From Eledone cirrhosa (lineage: Eukaryota): 37,530 nucleotides of DNA. The translations under genes were made by a program, and so were the position numbers. Below are positions 12,030 to 23,523 of this stretch, one piece after another. Location of the stretch: assembly GCA_964016885.1 (NCBI GenBank), contig CAXHJY010001671.1:1-37530 (forward strand), given 5' to 3'. Under the pieces are notes generated by a model. The model searched no databases, had not been told where the DNA came from, and saw only the letters and a program-made list of their open reading frames with translations. Numbering within the stretch: position 1 is the first letter of the stretch; each line of letters begins with the position of its first letter.

Positions 12030-12657
12030 AGTATTTTAAAAATATTAATATCACATAAATTATGATTCAATTATCGATAAAACACGCTGAAACACATTAA
12101 TAAAGAACATTGAAATGGAAGTTACTTTTTAACGTAGATTGACTGATGAGAGTAAAGGTTATTCTACAACAAGTATGGGAAATTATCTATAATGTTTCGA
12201 TACAAAAAAACCTCTTGCTGAAAGTAATTCGTTAGGAAATGAAATTTTACAAATTCAACCATAAAATCCCCACAGGGCCATATTGTCAACAAACCGTTCC
12301 GCTAGACTGGTGCGGAAATTTAATTTTAATGCCACGCGGCGGAACAGGTGAAAGAAATCACCTCTGCAAATATCGAAGTGTTTACACAAAAATTAGTTGC
12401 GTCCTCTTGAGTAGTTTGATATTAGTCCATGACCAAAAAATTAGTTTTTGTAATTGAAAACCTTAATTAGCAAGTTAACATTAAATGTATTGGAAAATGC
12501 AATTTCATGAAAACGTGATTGTTTAGCTGATTTTAGCAGCGTTTATCTCAATTTAGCTGCTTTTATACTTTTAAATATTTGTGAAAAAACATTATTAGTT
12601 GTGAGATAGGAAGATAATTACATGAATAATTTATTACTGGTTTACACACACACATAC

Positions 12658-12768
<111 letters not shown>

Positions 12769-12811
12769 AAATCTAGTCACAGTCAGGGATGATACTTCAA
12801 ATCATTTTATT

Positions 12812-12874
12812 AACATCTACGCACGTTTCAACATCAATGTTACCAAGTAATATTAAAAGTATCGTCAGGATATC
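12812..12874 (-). ncRNA. Minimal hammerhead ribozyme (Penelope pLTR type)
   Basis: Minus strand gatatc-CTGACGA-tac..taatattac-ttg-gtaacattg..gtt-GAAA-cgtgcg-TA-gatgtt then AATAAA; GUA triplet. Confidence 0.8.
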
Positions 12875-13189
12875 AACGTAGAATTTGGAAGATGTAAGTC
12901 ACAGGGAAAATACAAGAATTCATAGTTAATAAAGTAAAATTAAAGAGTTGTTTTGAAGAGTTTCCCTGGGGAAAACGACTCTTCGATGGTTTTACTTTAT
13001 TAGCTGTGAAGTTTAGTTCCACTCTACAGCTTTGCGCAGGCGTAGAGATGTAGGACTGGCTGACCATCCGTCTATCACCCTCTCCCTACAAGCAGCTAGG
13101 GCTCCAGAGACAAGCCAATCTCAGATACCCAGCCTCCCTCACCACAGTCGGTGAGATACTAAGGTCACATACATGCATACAAACATACA

Positions 13190-14042
13190 ACGTTGGGCGG
13201 GCCCGTACAGACTGTCTGCCATGACCTGCAATCGGTGGTTCTTTCCCTGGCGGGAATCGGCCTCCAGGTCAACTCGGCCAAGTCGGAGGTGGTGAATGTC
13301 AGCCACGATGCTGAGAGCTTTGCAGCCTCTGTCTCGGACGTGCGGTCCATTCTCCACCAGGTACAGGTGACCCCCAAAAGAGGATGTCCTCATCCTCGGG
13401 TAACCGATCCACCCGCCGGCTATCCGCTCCACCAGGCTTCAACAACTCCAGACTTTCACGAGCCGACTGAGCTTGATCGACGGCCACTCAGCTCTCTTTC
13501 TGTTGAGGAACTGCTTCGCCATGCCGAAGCTCCTCTATACCCTTCGCAGCGCTCCGTGCTACTTCCACACATCTCTCCTCACTGACCTCGATACTGTTTT
13601 CATGCGGCCTCCAAACCCCACAGTGGTGCCTGGCTCCATGCCCTGCCTCCTTCACCAGCTAGACAACAATAGCCTGCGCATCGGGGTTTCCTTGAGGCTC
13701 GGCGTCCGGATCTGCGAGCCACACCAATGTCGCTGCGGATCCACCGTGGACTCTTTCGGCCTCCTGCCGTCACAGTGCTCGCCGCCTGTCGTCACAGTGC
13801 CGGCCGCTTCCTGTCGTCACAGTGCCGGCCGCCTTCCACGCCATGCTGCCCTCAACGAGGTCATAAAGCATGGCTTGGACGCTGCAGGCTTCCCTTCCCA
13901 GCTCGAGCCGGTGGGGCTGGACCGAGGGGACGGCAAAAGGCCAGATAGCATGACCATCTTCCCGTTCCGCGATGGCAAACACCTTGTCTGGGATGCCACT
14001 TGCACCGACACTTTCTGCAGCCGCAACCTGGTGCAGTCTGCC
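13190..14042 (+). mobile_element. CRE-type non-LTR retrotransposon fragment (RT C-terminus, zinc finger, restriction-like endonuclease), frameshifted and internally deleted
   Basis: GLQVNSAKSE, ALFLLRNCFAMPKLLYTLR, LRLG..CRCG, RHAALNEVI, DGKRPDSMT..LVWDAT.DT motifs; 22-25-bp triplication at about 13763-13836. Confidence 0.85.
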
Positions 14043-14460
14043 TGTGTGTGTGTGTGTAGATATGCTTATGTGTGTGCGTGTGTGTGTATATATATATGTA
14101 TATGTATATTATTATTGTTGTTGTCGTTATTATTATTGTTGTTATTATTATTATTATTATTGTTATTAATGTATGTCTGTGTGTATATGTGTGTGTGAGC
14201 GTGTGTGTGTGTGTGTGTATATGTGTATGTATATGTATATATATATATATATATATTTCTTTTTTTTTCTTTTTTTTTCTTTTCTTTTTATTTATTTATT
14301 ATTATTATTTTTTTTTTTTTTTCTCTTCGTGCAATGGCCATACTCGATAACGAGGGGGCAGCCATCATGTATGTATCTATCTATAAATATATATATATAT
14401 ATATATATATACGTATGTATGTGTGCATGTATCTATCTATCTATGTATGTATCTATCTAT

Positions 14461-15441
14461 CGGCACACCGAGTGTGCCCAGGCGCTCACGGCTCTCTGGC
14501 AGGCGGACCCGGCTGTCAGTGGAGAATCCACCTCATCATTCTATAGAGGGATGGTGGTTAGCAGGTGCGACGACGCCCTCGGAGAAGCCCTCGGCATGGA
14601 GGAAGACGAACTGGCAAACCTGTTCGGTAGGACATTCAGCCCGGGACCCATGGATAACTTCCAGAGGTCCCTGGCCTGGCAATGCTACAGAAGGGCTCTG
14701 CCCGTTCGAGAAAGGCTCTACGGACACGGGCGCCCGGGTAGGGACCCCTCGAAAAAGATCTGTCCCAGATGCGTGTGCGACGAGGAAACCGTTGCACACG
14801 CATTGGTACACTGCTCGGGCATTGCCGATCTGTGGGGCTATGTCGAACAACTGCTGTCAAGGGTGGGACCGATCCGGTTGACCACCGAGTCTATTGTAAC
14901 GATCAAGCCGCCACCCCTCTTCAAAAACGAAGGAGAGGCGGTGTTTCTGTGCGTAATAGCCATGGCGAAAGAGGCTGTATGGTGGACGCGTCTGAAAGGA
15001 CTGAGATCAGACACCTTTCTCTCTGGCCAACAACTGGTCCGTTTCTTCCGATATCATTTCGGAAGAAGGATCAGGATGGAGAGAGAGGTGCTGCACCCTA
15101 GCCGCTTTTATGAAAGATGGGTGAAAGTGGCGAGAATCGCCCGTGTGAATGGGCCTTCACTCTACATCAGACTATAGGTGAGGAAGATGAAAGACCAAGG
15201 GAGCACCCCTTCTCTGTGCTCCTGAGGAAAAGGGTTGCACACTTTTTTCGGGGTTGTGTGCGAACCCCCCCCAAGGCGCCTCCTCTCTATTGAGGATTTT
15301 GTTATAATTTTATTTTTTGTTATATTTTATTTTATTTTTATATATTGTTATTGCCTCCTCCCTATTGAGGACGCCTTGTTTTGTAAACTCCCCCCATTGT
15401 ACTTGTCCCACTTTTGATGCCCTGGTGGCAAATAAAAGAAA
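14461..15441 (+). mobile_element. Tx1/L1-group LINE, 5'-truncated copy 1 (ORF2 C-terminus with zf-RVT)
   Basis: W..YRRALPVRERL..CPRC..ETVAHALVHC..LW; stop at 15177; T-rich 3' UTR, AATAAA at 15431, then (ATCT)n. Confidence 0.85.
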
Positions 15442-15473
15442 CATATCTATCTATCTATATCTATATATATCTA

Positions 15474-16282
15474 GAGGAGGACGAACTGGCGAGTCTGTTC
15501 GGTAGGACCTTCCGCCGGGACCAATGGACAACTTCCAAAAGTCCCTGGCCTGGCAGTGCTACCGAGGAGCTCTACCAGTTCGAGACAAGCTCTACAGACA
15601 CGGGCGCCCGGGTAGGGACCCTTCGAAAAAGATCTGTCAGAGATGCGTACGCGACGAGGAAACCGTCATACACGCATTCGTACACTGCCCGGACGTTACC
15701 GACCTGTGGGGCTATGTAGAACGACTATTTTCGCGGGTGGGACCAATCCGGTTGACCACCGAGTCCATTGTCATGATCAAACCGCCACCCTCCTTCAAAA
15801 ACGAGGGAGAGGCGGTTTTGCTATGTGTTATGGCTATGGTGAAAGAGGTTATATGGTGAACGAGGTTAAAAGGGCTGAGGTCAGACACCTTTCTCTCCGG
15901 CGAGCAACTGATTCGTTTTTTCAAATATCATTTTGGAAGAAGAATCAGGATGGAGAGAGAGGTGCTGTACCCCAGCAAATTTTATAAAAGGTGGGTGAAT
16001 GTGGCAAAGATGGCCCGAGTGGTTGGGCCTTCTCTCTATATCAGCCTGTAGGTTGAGGAAAAAGAGTAAGAGAGGAAGGGAGTACTCACTCTTTGTGCTC
16101 CTGGAGATGAGGGTTGTACATTTTTTCGGGGTGTGTACAACCCCTGTGTAACACCTCCCCCCTATTGGGGATTTCAATTGTTATTTGTTATTGTATTAAT
16201 AGTTTTATTTTCATATACCTGTATGTAAACTCCCCATTTGTATTTGTCCCCTTCGTTTGTGCCCTTGTGGCTAATAAAGAAA
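15474..16282 (+). mobile_element. Tx1/L1-group LINE, 5'-truncated copy 2 (diverged paralogue)
   Basis: Aligns with copy 1 (CQRC..ETVIHAFVHC); premature TGA at 15857-15859; normal stop at about 16051; AATAAA at 16273. Confidence 0.85.
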
Positions 16283-16580
16283 TGTATATCTATATATCTA
16301 CGTATGTGTGTATGTATGTATGTATGTATCTATCTATCTACGGACGTACGTACGTATGTATATATGTATGTGTGTATGTATGTATCTATCTACGTATGTA
16401 TGTATGTATATATGTATGTACGTGTGGGTGTATGTATCTATCTATCTATCTACGCATGTATGTATGTATGTGTGTATGTATCTATCTATATATCTACGTA
16501 TGTGTGTGTGTATGTATGTATCTATCTATCTACGTATGTACGTATGCATGTATGTGTGTATGTATCTATCTATCTATATA
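16283..16580. repeat. Compound (TATC/TATG/TACG) microsatellite
   Basis: Direct reading. Confidence 0.9.
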
Positions 16581-17262
16581 ACTTTGTCAGCATGCATGTT
16601 AGTATGTATAAGGGTTCGCATTGAAATTTGAAGTCTTATTTTAATAGTTTTGAATAATTTTATCCAGTTAAGTTAAGTGTATGGAAATTCCCCTCACGTA
16701 ATTGCCTTACATAATGCATTAATACAATGATATGTATGGCTTTATGTAAAAAGGAATGTCTTCACTTCTAAATAAGGGCAATTTATATGAACAGATAAGT
16801 ACATGTGCCACATATATATAGTGTGTGTCAGAGGAATATACATAAATATGCATTCATACATTTTAAATTCAAGAGAAAGTTTTGCTCTTAGTCCTCATAA
16901 AATGGATTTCAGTAAGTGATACGTATACAGTTATATAGATTCAAATATATAACCCCAGAACAGATTAACATATACAGCTAAACATAAACACAGCCACGCA
17001 TCCACACTGCCTCATATATACACAGTCAAGTGTATATACAGCAAACTTATACATCTGGAATACTAAGCATATTCAGACTTCCAAATACCTAATATACACT
17101 CTCAGATATATACATGTAAATCTATGCATACCAAACATAAACATATACATACGTATACATATACATACGTTATTTATGAATATACATATCTAGATATGTA
17201 CACGTCCAGTTATTTCCACATCTAAATATACACACGTCAAACCTATATACATCACACTTAAA

Positions 17263-17610
17263 TACGAGGGAGGGGCAGTTGAAAGATTCATAGGCTGACT
17301 ATGAAGGAGTGATGCTAGGGCTGTGAAATCGTGCATGAATTAATTTCAACTCTTCTTATTAATAACTGCATTGTTTCTTTCCAGGGACTATGTTGAAAAA
17401 TAAACGTCATTTGATCATTCCGTGAGAGTATCTTGGTCAACCTATAAAGGAGTGATGCTAAAGCTGTGAAATCTTGGAATTATTAATTTTAACTCTTCTT
17501 ATTAATAAGTGCATTGTTTCTTCCCAGGGATTATGTAGAAAAATAAACATCATTTGGTCATTCCATGAGAGTATCTTGGTCAGCCTATGAACTTTTCAGT
17601 CGACCCTCAT
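17263..17610 (+). mobile_element. Mariner-derived MITE with internal tandem duplication of about 143 bp
   Basis: TIRs tacgaggg..gttgaaagattcataggctgac and gtcagcctatgaacttttcagtcgaccctcat; residual transposase end gactatgttgaaaaataa (DYVEK*) present twice. Confidence 0.8.
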
Positions 17611-17789
17611 TTATATATATATATAGATAGATAAATATACACGGGTGTGTATGATTGTGTATAGAAGATTATATTAATAAGAGGAATTCCAACTTTGTCT
17701 GATTTACTCGTTTTATTTACAATCCTTTAAAATTTATAATGGTATTATAATGAAATAGTATGATAGAATATTAAATTCTAAGTGTTAAT

Positions 17790-17828
17790 TGAACAAGTAC
17801 TTTCATGCTTTCGCAATCTTCAGGTTCA
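17790..17828 (-). ncRNA. Minimal hammerhead ribozyme (mirror copy)
   Basis: Exact reverse complement of 17902-17940. Confidence 0.8.
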
Positions 17829-17901
17829 TAATATGTGGTGACAGTCAAGTTTGCAATTTTCAACAGTTGAAAATTGCAAACTTGACTGTGACCACATATT
17901 A

Positions 17902-17940
17902 TGAACCTGAAGATTGCGAAAGCATGAAAGTACTTGTTCA
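17902..17940 (+). ncRNA. Minimal hammerhead ribozyme
   Basis: tgaac-CTGAAGA-ttgcgaaagcat-GAAA-gtac-TT-gttca; 5-bp stem I, GAAA-tetraloop stem II, palindromic stem III, CUU triplet. Confidence 0.8.
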
Positions 17941-18052
17941 ATTAACACTTAGAATTTAATATTCTATCATACTATTTCATTATAATACCATTATAAATTT
18001 TAAAGGATTGTAAATAAAACGAGTAAATCAGACAAAGTTGGAATTCCTCTTA

Positions 18053-18125
<73 letters not shown>

Positions 18126-18312
18126 TTATTTATTTATTTATGTTTGTTGGTTCACCACTGGATAGAACTGGTCATTCCGTATGGTCAACCTCGATGTAAT
18201 ATTAGGGAGAGCAATCGACGTAATGCAACTCACCCGTTGGTGGTGCGAGTACAGAGTTAATTATTATAAAATAACAGGAGGCTGGACTGGTGTAATTCCC
18301 TAAAGGTTTATT

Positions 18313-18370
18313 ATACTATGATCATTTCAATGACCGGCTTCAGTATGAATCCAATGACATCATCAGGTAT
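18313..18370 (-). ncRNA. Minimal hammerhead ribozyme (Penelope pLTR type)
   Basis: Minus strand atac-CTGATGA-tgtcattggattca-tac-tgaagccggtcatt-GAAA-tgatca-TA-gtat then AATAAA. Confidence 0.8.
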
Positions 18371-19046
18371 TCGAAATTTAACAAAGGAATATAATCCATG
18401 GAGCTGGCAGAGTGACAAGTAGGCGGCCACCCATTTAGCAGTTTCTAGTCTGAGCTATGCACACAAATTTATAGCAACCACATAAAATTACTCACCAGTA
18501 ATACATAGAAATTGCTTACTACCTTATTCCATTAGAAATAATTACATTGCATTCAACATAATCAGTTTAATAAACCCCTTAACTAATCAGAATTTCATAT
18601 ATTATTTGTTAATTATTTAATTACACACAATTAGCAATGTGTTAAATGTGACAATCTTATTTCACGTACACTGAATTAAAAACTGTATATAGAGTGAATA
18701 GAAAATGTGTTATCAATGGTGACTTTTTACTTTGAAATTTCTCCAACGTTATTAACTCTATACACGATAATGTTTCTGGGATGGCCGGCTTAGGATGGCC
18801 CCAGACTCGCCGAGCAAGAAGATGGTATCGGGTTATCATTTAGTTAACGAAAGTTCTAAGTAACAGGCCCCTGAATTAGCCTTAACAATCTACCCATCAC
18901 AACTGTGGTATTGAATAATCATCCTTTAGTTCACTATTACGATATGTGTATATATACATAAATGTGTGTGTGTGTGTGTGCGGGTGTGTGTCTGTGTGTG
19001 TCTGTATGTATACTTATTAAGGCCAGTTACTACAAGTGCGCCATAC

Positions 19047-19093
19047 CAGGTGCGTACGTTTCGTTAGCCTTGAAGATTAATGTGTTCAACCTG
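19047..19093 (-). ncRNA. Decayed hammerhead-like motif
   Basis: Minus strand cagg-TTGAACA-cattaatcttcaaggctaac-GAAA-cgtacg-CA-cctg; geometry fits but the core and cleavage triplet are mutated. Confidence 0.4.
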
Positions 19094-19684
19094 TGCCTAT
19101 ATATATATATATGTGTGTGTGCGTGTGTGTGTGTGTGTGTGTGTGGATGGCGAGAGAGAGGGAGAGAGAGAAAGAAGTATGCTATCTAATTACCATAGGC
19201 TGGGTAATGGGCCAACTTCGTGGGATATTGTAACTCGACTATTTTATGAGTTCTAGTTTATTGTTGAGTTCTACCAAGACATAAACACTTCATTGTCCAC
19301 ACTAGCAATAAAAGAGTCGTAAGTATGTGTTGCTGCTGAAGCGGGATTAATTAATTTGTCTCATTGACTGGAGTACTAATTTCTCGATATCGATAAGGTA
19401 GTAGAAATATATGATACCAAACTTTTAGTTCGATTCCGTTCTAATGTGTCCCTACCCACAACTTCCCCTAACACTGACACACACATCTTGCTATCTTCTC
19501 TCCAATTACATACCACTTTTATCAGCAATAAAATTATATCAGTAGTGTTTAATGTGAGGGAGATTTGGTTACTATCTCTGTCAGCGCAAATGAGCAATTA
19601 GAGGTTCCTTCGTTAATTGTTGTCTTGCCTGGCATCAACAAATATTCAACCATACGAGCCACCTGTCTTTCTCACATACACACA

Positions 19685-19974
19685 CATATGGGCTCTACCT
19701 ACCCAGCATCCCTCGCATATGGGCTCTACCTACCCAGCATCTCTCACAGGTGGGCTCTACCTACCCAGCATCCCTCGCATATGGGCTCTACCTACCCAGC
19801 ATCTCTCACACGTGGGCTCTACCTACCCAGCATCCCTCGCATATGGGCTCTATATACACACATATGGGCTCTACCTACTCACATGAGCTCTACCTTCCCA
19901 GCATCCCTCACATATGAGCTCTACCTACCCATCATCCCTTACATATGGGCTCTACCCACTCAACATCCCTCACA
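19685..19974. repeat. 31-33-bp minisatellite (catatgggctctacctacccagcatccctcg), about 9-10 full or partial units
   Basis: Direct reading. Confidence 0.9.
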
Positions 19975-20084
19975 TCAGCAACAAAACCTTACACTTACTC
20001 TCACTCAATGTCTTTCTTATTTCTCTAATTTCATCTGTTGTCTTTATGGTATCCCTGAAATATTTCGACTGTCCTCACCAGTTC

Positions 20085-21498
20085 GGTATTGTAGATATAT
20101 ATCCCACCTTCCATTAGTGGAGGTGTGTGGTCTGGTGGTAAGGGGTATTGTAGATATATATCCCACCTTCCATTAGTGGAGGTGTGTGGTCTGGTGGTAA
20201 GGGGTATTGTAGATATATATCCCACCTTCCATTAGTGGAGGTCTGTGGTCTGGTGGTAAGGGGTATTGTAGATATATATCCCACCTTCCATTAGTGGAGG
20301 TGTGTGGTCTGGTGGTAAGGGGTATTGTAGATATATATCCCACCTTCCATTAGTGGAGGTGTGTGGTCTGGTGGTAAGGGGTATTGTAGATATATATCCC
20401 ACCTTCCATTAGTGGAGGTCTGTGGTCTGGTGGTAAGGGGTATTGTAGATATATATCCCACCTTCCATTAGTGAAGGTATGAGGTCTGGTGGTAAGGGGT
20501 ATTGTAGATATATATCCCACCTTCCATTAGTGGAGGTGTGTGGTATGGTGGTAAGGGGTATTGTAGATATATATCCCACCTTCCATTAGTGAAGGTGTGT
20601 GTCTGGTGGTAAGGGGTATTGTAGATATATATCCCACCTTCCATTAGTGGAGGTCTGTGGTCTGGTGGTAAGGGGTATTGTAGATATATATCCCACCTTC
20701 CATTAGTGAAGGTATGAGGTCTGGTGGTAAGGGGTATTGTAGATATATATCCCACCTTCCATTAGTGGAGGTGTGTGGTATGGTGGTAAGGGGTATTGTA
20801 GATATATATCCCACCTTCCATTAGTGAAGGTGTGTGTCTGGTGGTAAGGGGTATTGTAGATATATATCCCACCTTCCATTAGTGAAGGTGTGTGGTCTGG
20901 TGGTAAGGGGTATTGTAGATATATATCCCACCTTCCATTAGTGGAGGTCTGTGGTCTGGTGGTAAGGGGTATTGTAGATATATATCCCACCTTCCATTAG
21001 TGGAGGTGTGTGGTATGGTGGTAAGGGGTATTGTAGATATATATCCCACCTTCCATTAGTGAAGGTGTGTGTCTGGTGGTAAGGGGTATTGTAGATATAT
21101 ATCCCACCTTCCATTAGTGGAGGTGTGTGGTCTGGTGGTAAGGGGTATTGTAGATATATATCCCACCTTCCATTAGTGGAGGTGTGTGGTCTGGTGGTAA
21201 GGGGTATTGTAGATATATATCCCACCTTCCATTAGTGGAGGTCTGTGGTCTGGTGGTAAGGGGTATTGTAGATATATATCCCACCTTCCATTAGTGGAGG
21301 TCTGTGGTCTGGTGGTAAGGGGTATTGTAGATATATATCCCACCTTCCATTAGTGGAGGTGTGTGGTCTGGTGGTAAGGGGTATTGTAGATATATATCCC
21401 ACCTTCCATTAGTGGAGGTGTGTGGTCTGGTGGTAAGGGGTATTGAAGATATATATCCCACCTTCCATTAGTGGAGGTCTGTGGTCTGGTGGTAAGGG
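20085..21498. repeat. 59-bp tandem array, 24 units, with higher-order structure
   Basis: Unit tattgtagatatatatcccaccttccattagtggaggtgtgtggtctggtggtaagggg; three 58-bp variants recur at 235-bp spacing. Confidence 0.95.
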
Positions 21499-21625
21499 TG
21501 TTGGACTTACAATTATAATGTTATGAATTCAATTTCTGGACTGGGTTGTGTGTTATAATGTTGAGAAAAACACTTCATTTCACGTTACTCCAGTATACTC
21601 AGCTGAAAATAAGTACCAGCAATAG
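21473..21625 (+). mobile_element. Degenerate CORE-type SINE, 5' part
   Basis: Head gtggtctggtggtaagggtgttggact..gaattcaatttctgg then cacttcatttcacgttactccagtatactcagctgaaaataagtacc, homologous to 4790-5086. Confidence 0.65.
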
Positions 21626-22761
21626 CTGTGGGTTTAATGCTGCAAATATTATCTCATGTTATTTTGGTGACTACTTTAACATTTGCACCGAAACATCTTA
21701 AAGTGACTACCACTTCTATTTTCATTCTGGCTGTTTCACTCTATTAAAACTTGCACTCGTCACAATCCAGTTCATCCTGCCTAGAACTGCATTCCTCTAT
21801 CATTCTTTTTGTATGGTTCAAACTGAATGTCAACCACATCGATCTTATTCTTCTGACAAAGCTGTAAGTATCATGGATTATAAAGGATCTGTGTACACAG
21901 CCTTCACGGGGCCTCTAATATGGGTAGGAGTTGATGTTATTAATGTACCCCTTTGAATGATTTCAAATCAAACAAACATGTCCTGAAAATGAAGTCCCAA
22001 GGAGTGATATTCTTAGCAGAAAGGAATGGGTGTAATGGTTCGTGCTGTGGTTTAGGCTGGACACGAAATGGGTGACGACGGAAGATAGATGAATCAGTCT
22101 GCAACAGTGGGTCACAGGCTGGATTGAGCGACTTTATGCCAATATGTCGACTGTCCTGATTATTGGAGGGGGGGGGGGAGAAAACGTGACGGACTGACAC
22201 CCATAGAATTACAGAACGCAGAGACCAGGAACAAATAACGACTCTGCTAAATTGACCACCTCCGAAGTGGAAAGTAATCAATAGATTCTAATGTCTAAAA
22301 CAATGAATTTTTATGAGAATTTTAGGCGCTTCATCGAATATAGAAGAATACTCAAAATAACAGGGCATATAAAACCCCTTGACGAAAAGAGTATTGCATA
22401 TTAACAGGTGCATATTAACAGGTGCCAATTAACTGGTGCTAACGTCAATTTCTCTCGTTAATGGGGCTCATATTTAGACTTTTTTTTTTTTTAGTCTGAA
22501 GAAATCGATGAAGCTTTTAAATTTCTCTTAAAATTTTCAAATTCATCGCTTCAAAACGAATACGTTCATCTAAAACAATATTTGTAGAATCTAGGGTTCC
22601 ACAGATTTAATGGTTAGAGGAAATCAAGTAGATATTTTCACGAATAACCACAGATGGTTGACAGTTAGTCCTAGTGTTAATATAAACTTGTGTTCTTTTC
22701 TCTAGGAATGAACCCAAGTTTATTAAAAGAATATCCTGATACATATTCCTAGCTGAGAAAT

Positions 22762-23087
22762 ATGTATGGCCCCGTAACACGTAAAGGAGTCGCCATATTG
22801 ACATATGACATTTCTAAGGCATTTTTTACACCTGGCAGAGCCCATCTCTCTAGGCCTGAATACAGCAGATTTCTTCCAGAGAAGGATAGAGAGTGAAAGA
22901 ATGGAATTGAGAAAGGGATAAAGAGAAAGAATCGACCTCAGTATTGCACTGGTACTTTTTTATCGACCTCGAAAGAAAAAAAGGTAAAACTGACCTCGAT
23001 GGGATTTGAACTGAGAGAGGAGAGAGCTGAAACGAATACCACAAAGAATTCTTTCAGACGTTCTAACGACTCTGCCAATTCACCACT
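22762..23087 (-). mobile_element. tRNA-derived SINE family B, unexpanded copy
   Basis: Minus strand gtggtgaattggcagagtcgttagaacg..agttcaaatccc..ggtcgataaaaaagtaccag..tatccctttctcaattccattctttcactct; matches both flanks of the 43-bp array. Confidence 0.8.
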
Positions 23088-23218
23088 ATAGATGTGAGAT
23101 AGATCGAGGCCTAATTATCGATATAAGCAATAGTACAGTAAAACAGCGCCAGTTCATAATGATATACTAGCTTCGCCAGTATGCCTTCAAACGTCTGAGA
23201 TTAAAAAAAAATGCGTTT

Positions 23219-23337
<119 letters not shown>

Positions 23338-23523
23338 AATTTGGATGCAGTCATTCTACATGGTTAAGAAGTGGACATCGCTATCATGTAACTCTGCATT
23401 TGATGCCACTCCACACGATTTTGGCAAATATTTTTTCATATGGCATTGAATTATCCAATACCTTGTGAATTGAATTCTGTTGGTAGCTTCTGTGCGGAAT
23501 CCCGTCAATATATATATATATAT

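Larger units (their letters stand above)
17670..18060. repeat. 391-bp near-perfect palindrome (195-bp arms, 1-nt centre at 17865), Penelope pLTR-derived
   Basis: Arms are reverse complements except one mismatch at 17840/17890; each arm contains a hammerhead motif. Confidence 0.95.

Noticed and set aside
12143-12180. Hammerhead at CTGATGA
   Set aside because: No suitably placed GAAA or stems
14173-14460. N-terminal extension of the 334-aa ORF
   Set aside because: Microsatellite read-through; real LINE homology begins at about 14461
19999-20054. Possible 56-bp minus-strand exon (tttcag..gtaagt, one open frame DTIKTTDEIREIRKTLSE)
   Set aside because: Weak polypyrimidine tract, no recognisable homology and no partner exons; needs RNA-seq
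20085-21498. CRISPR-like array or repeat-protein ORFs
   Set aside because: Variable positions are point variants rather than spacers, and the ORFs simply follow the repeat period
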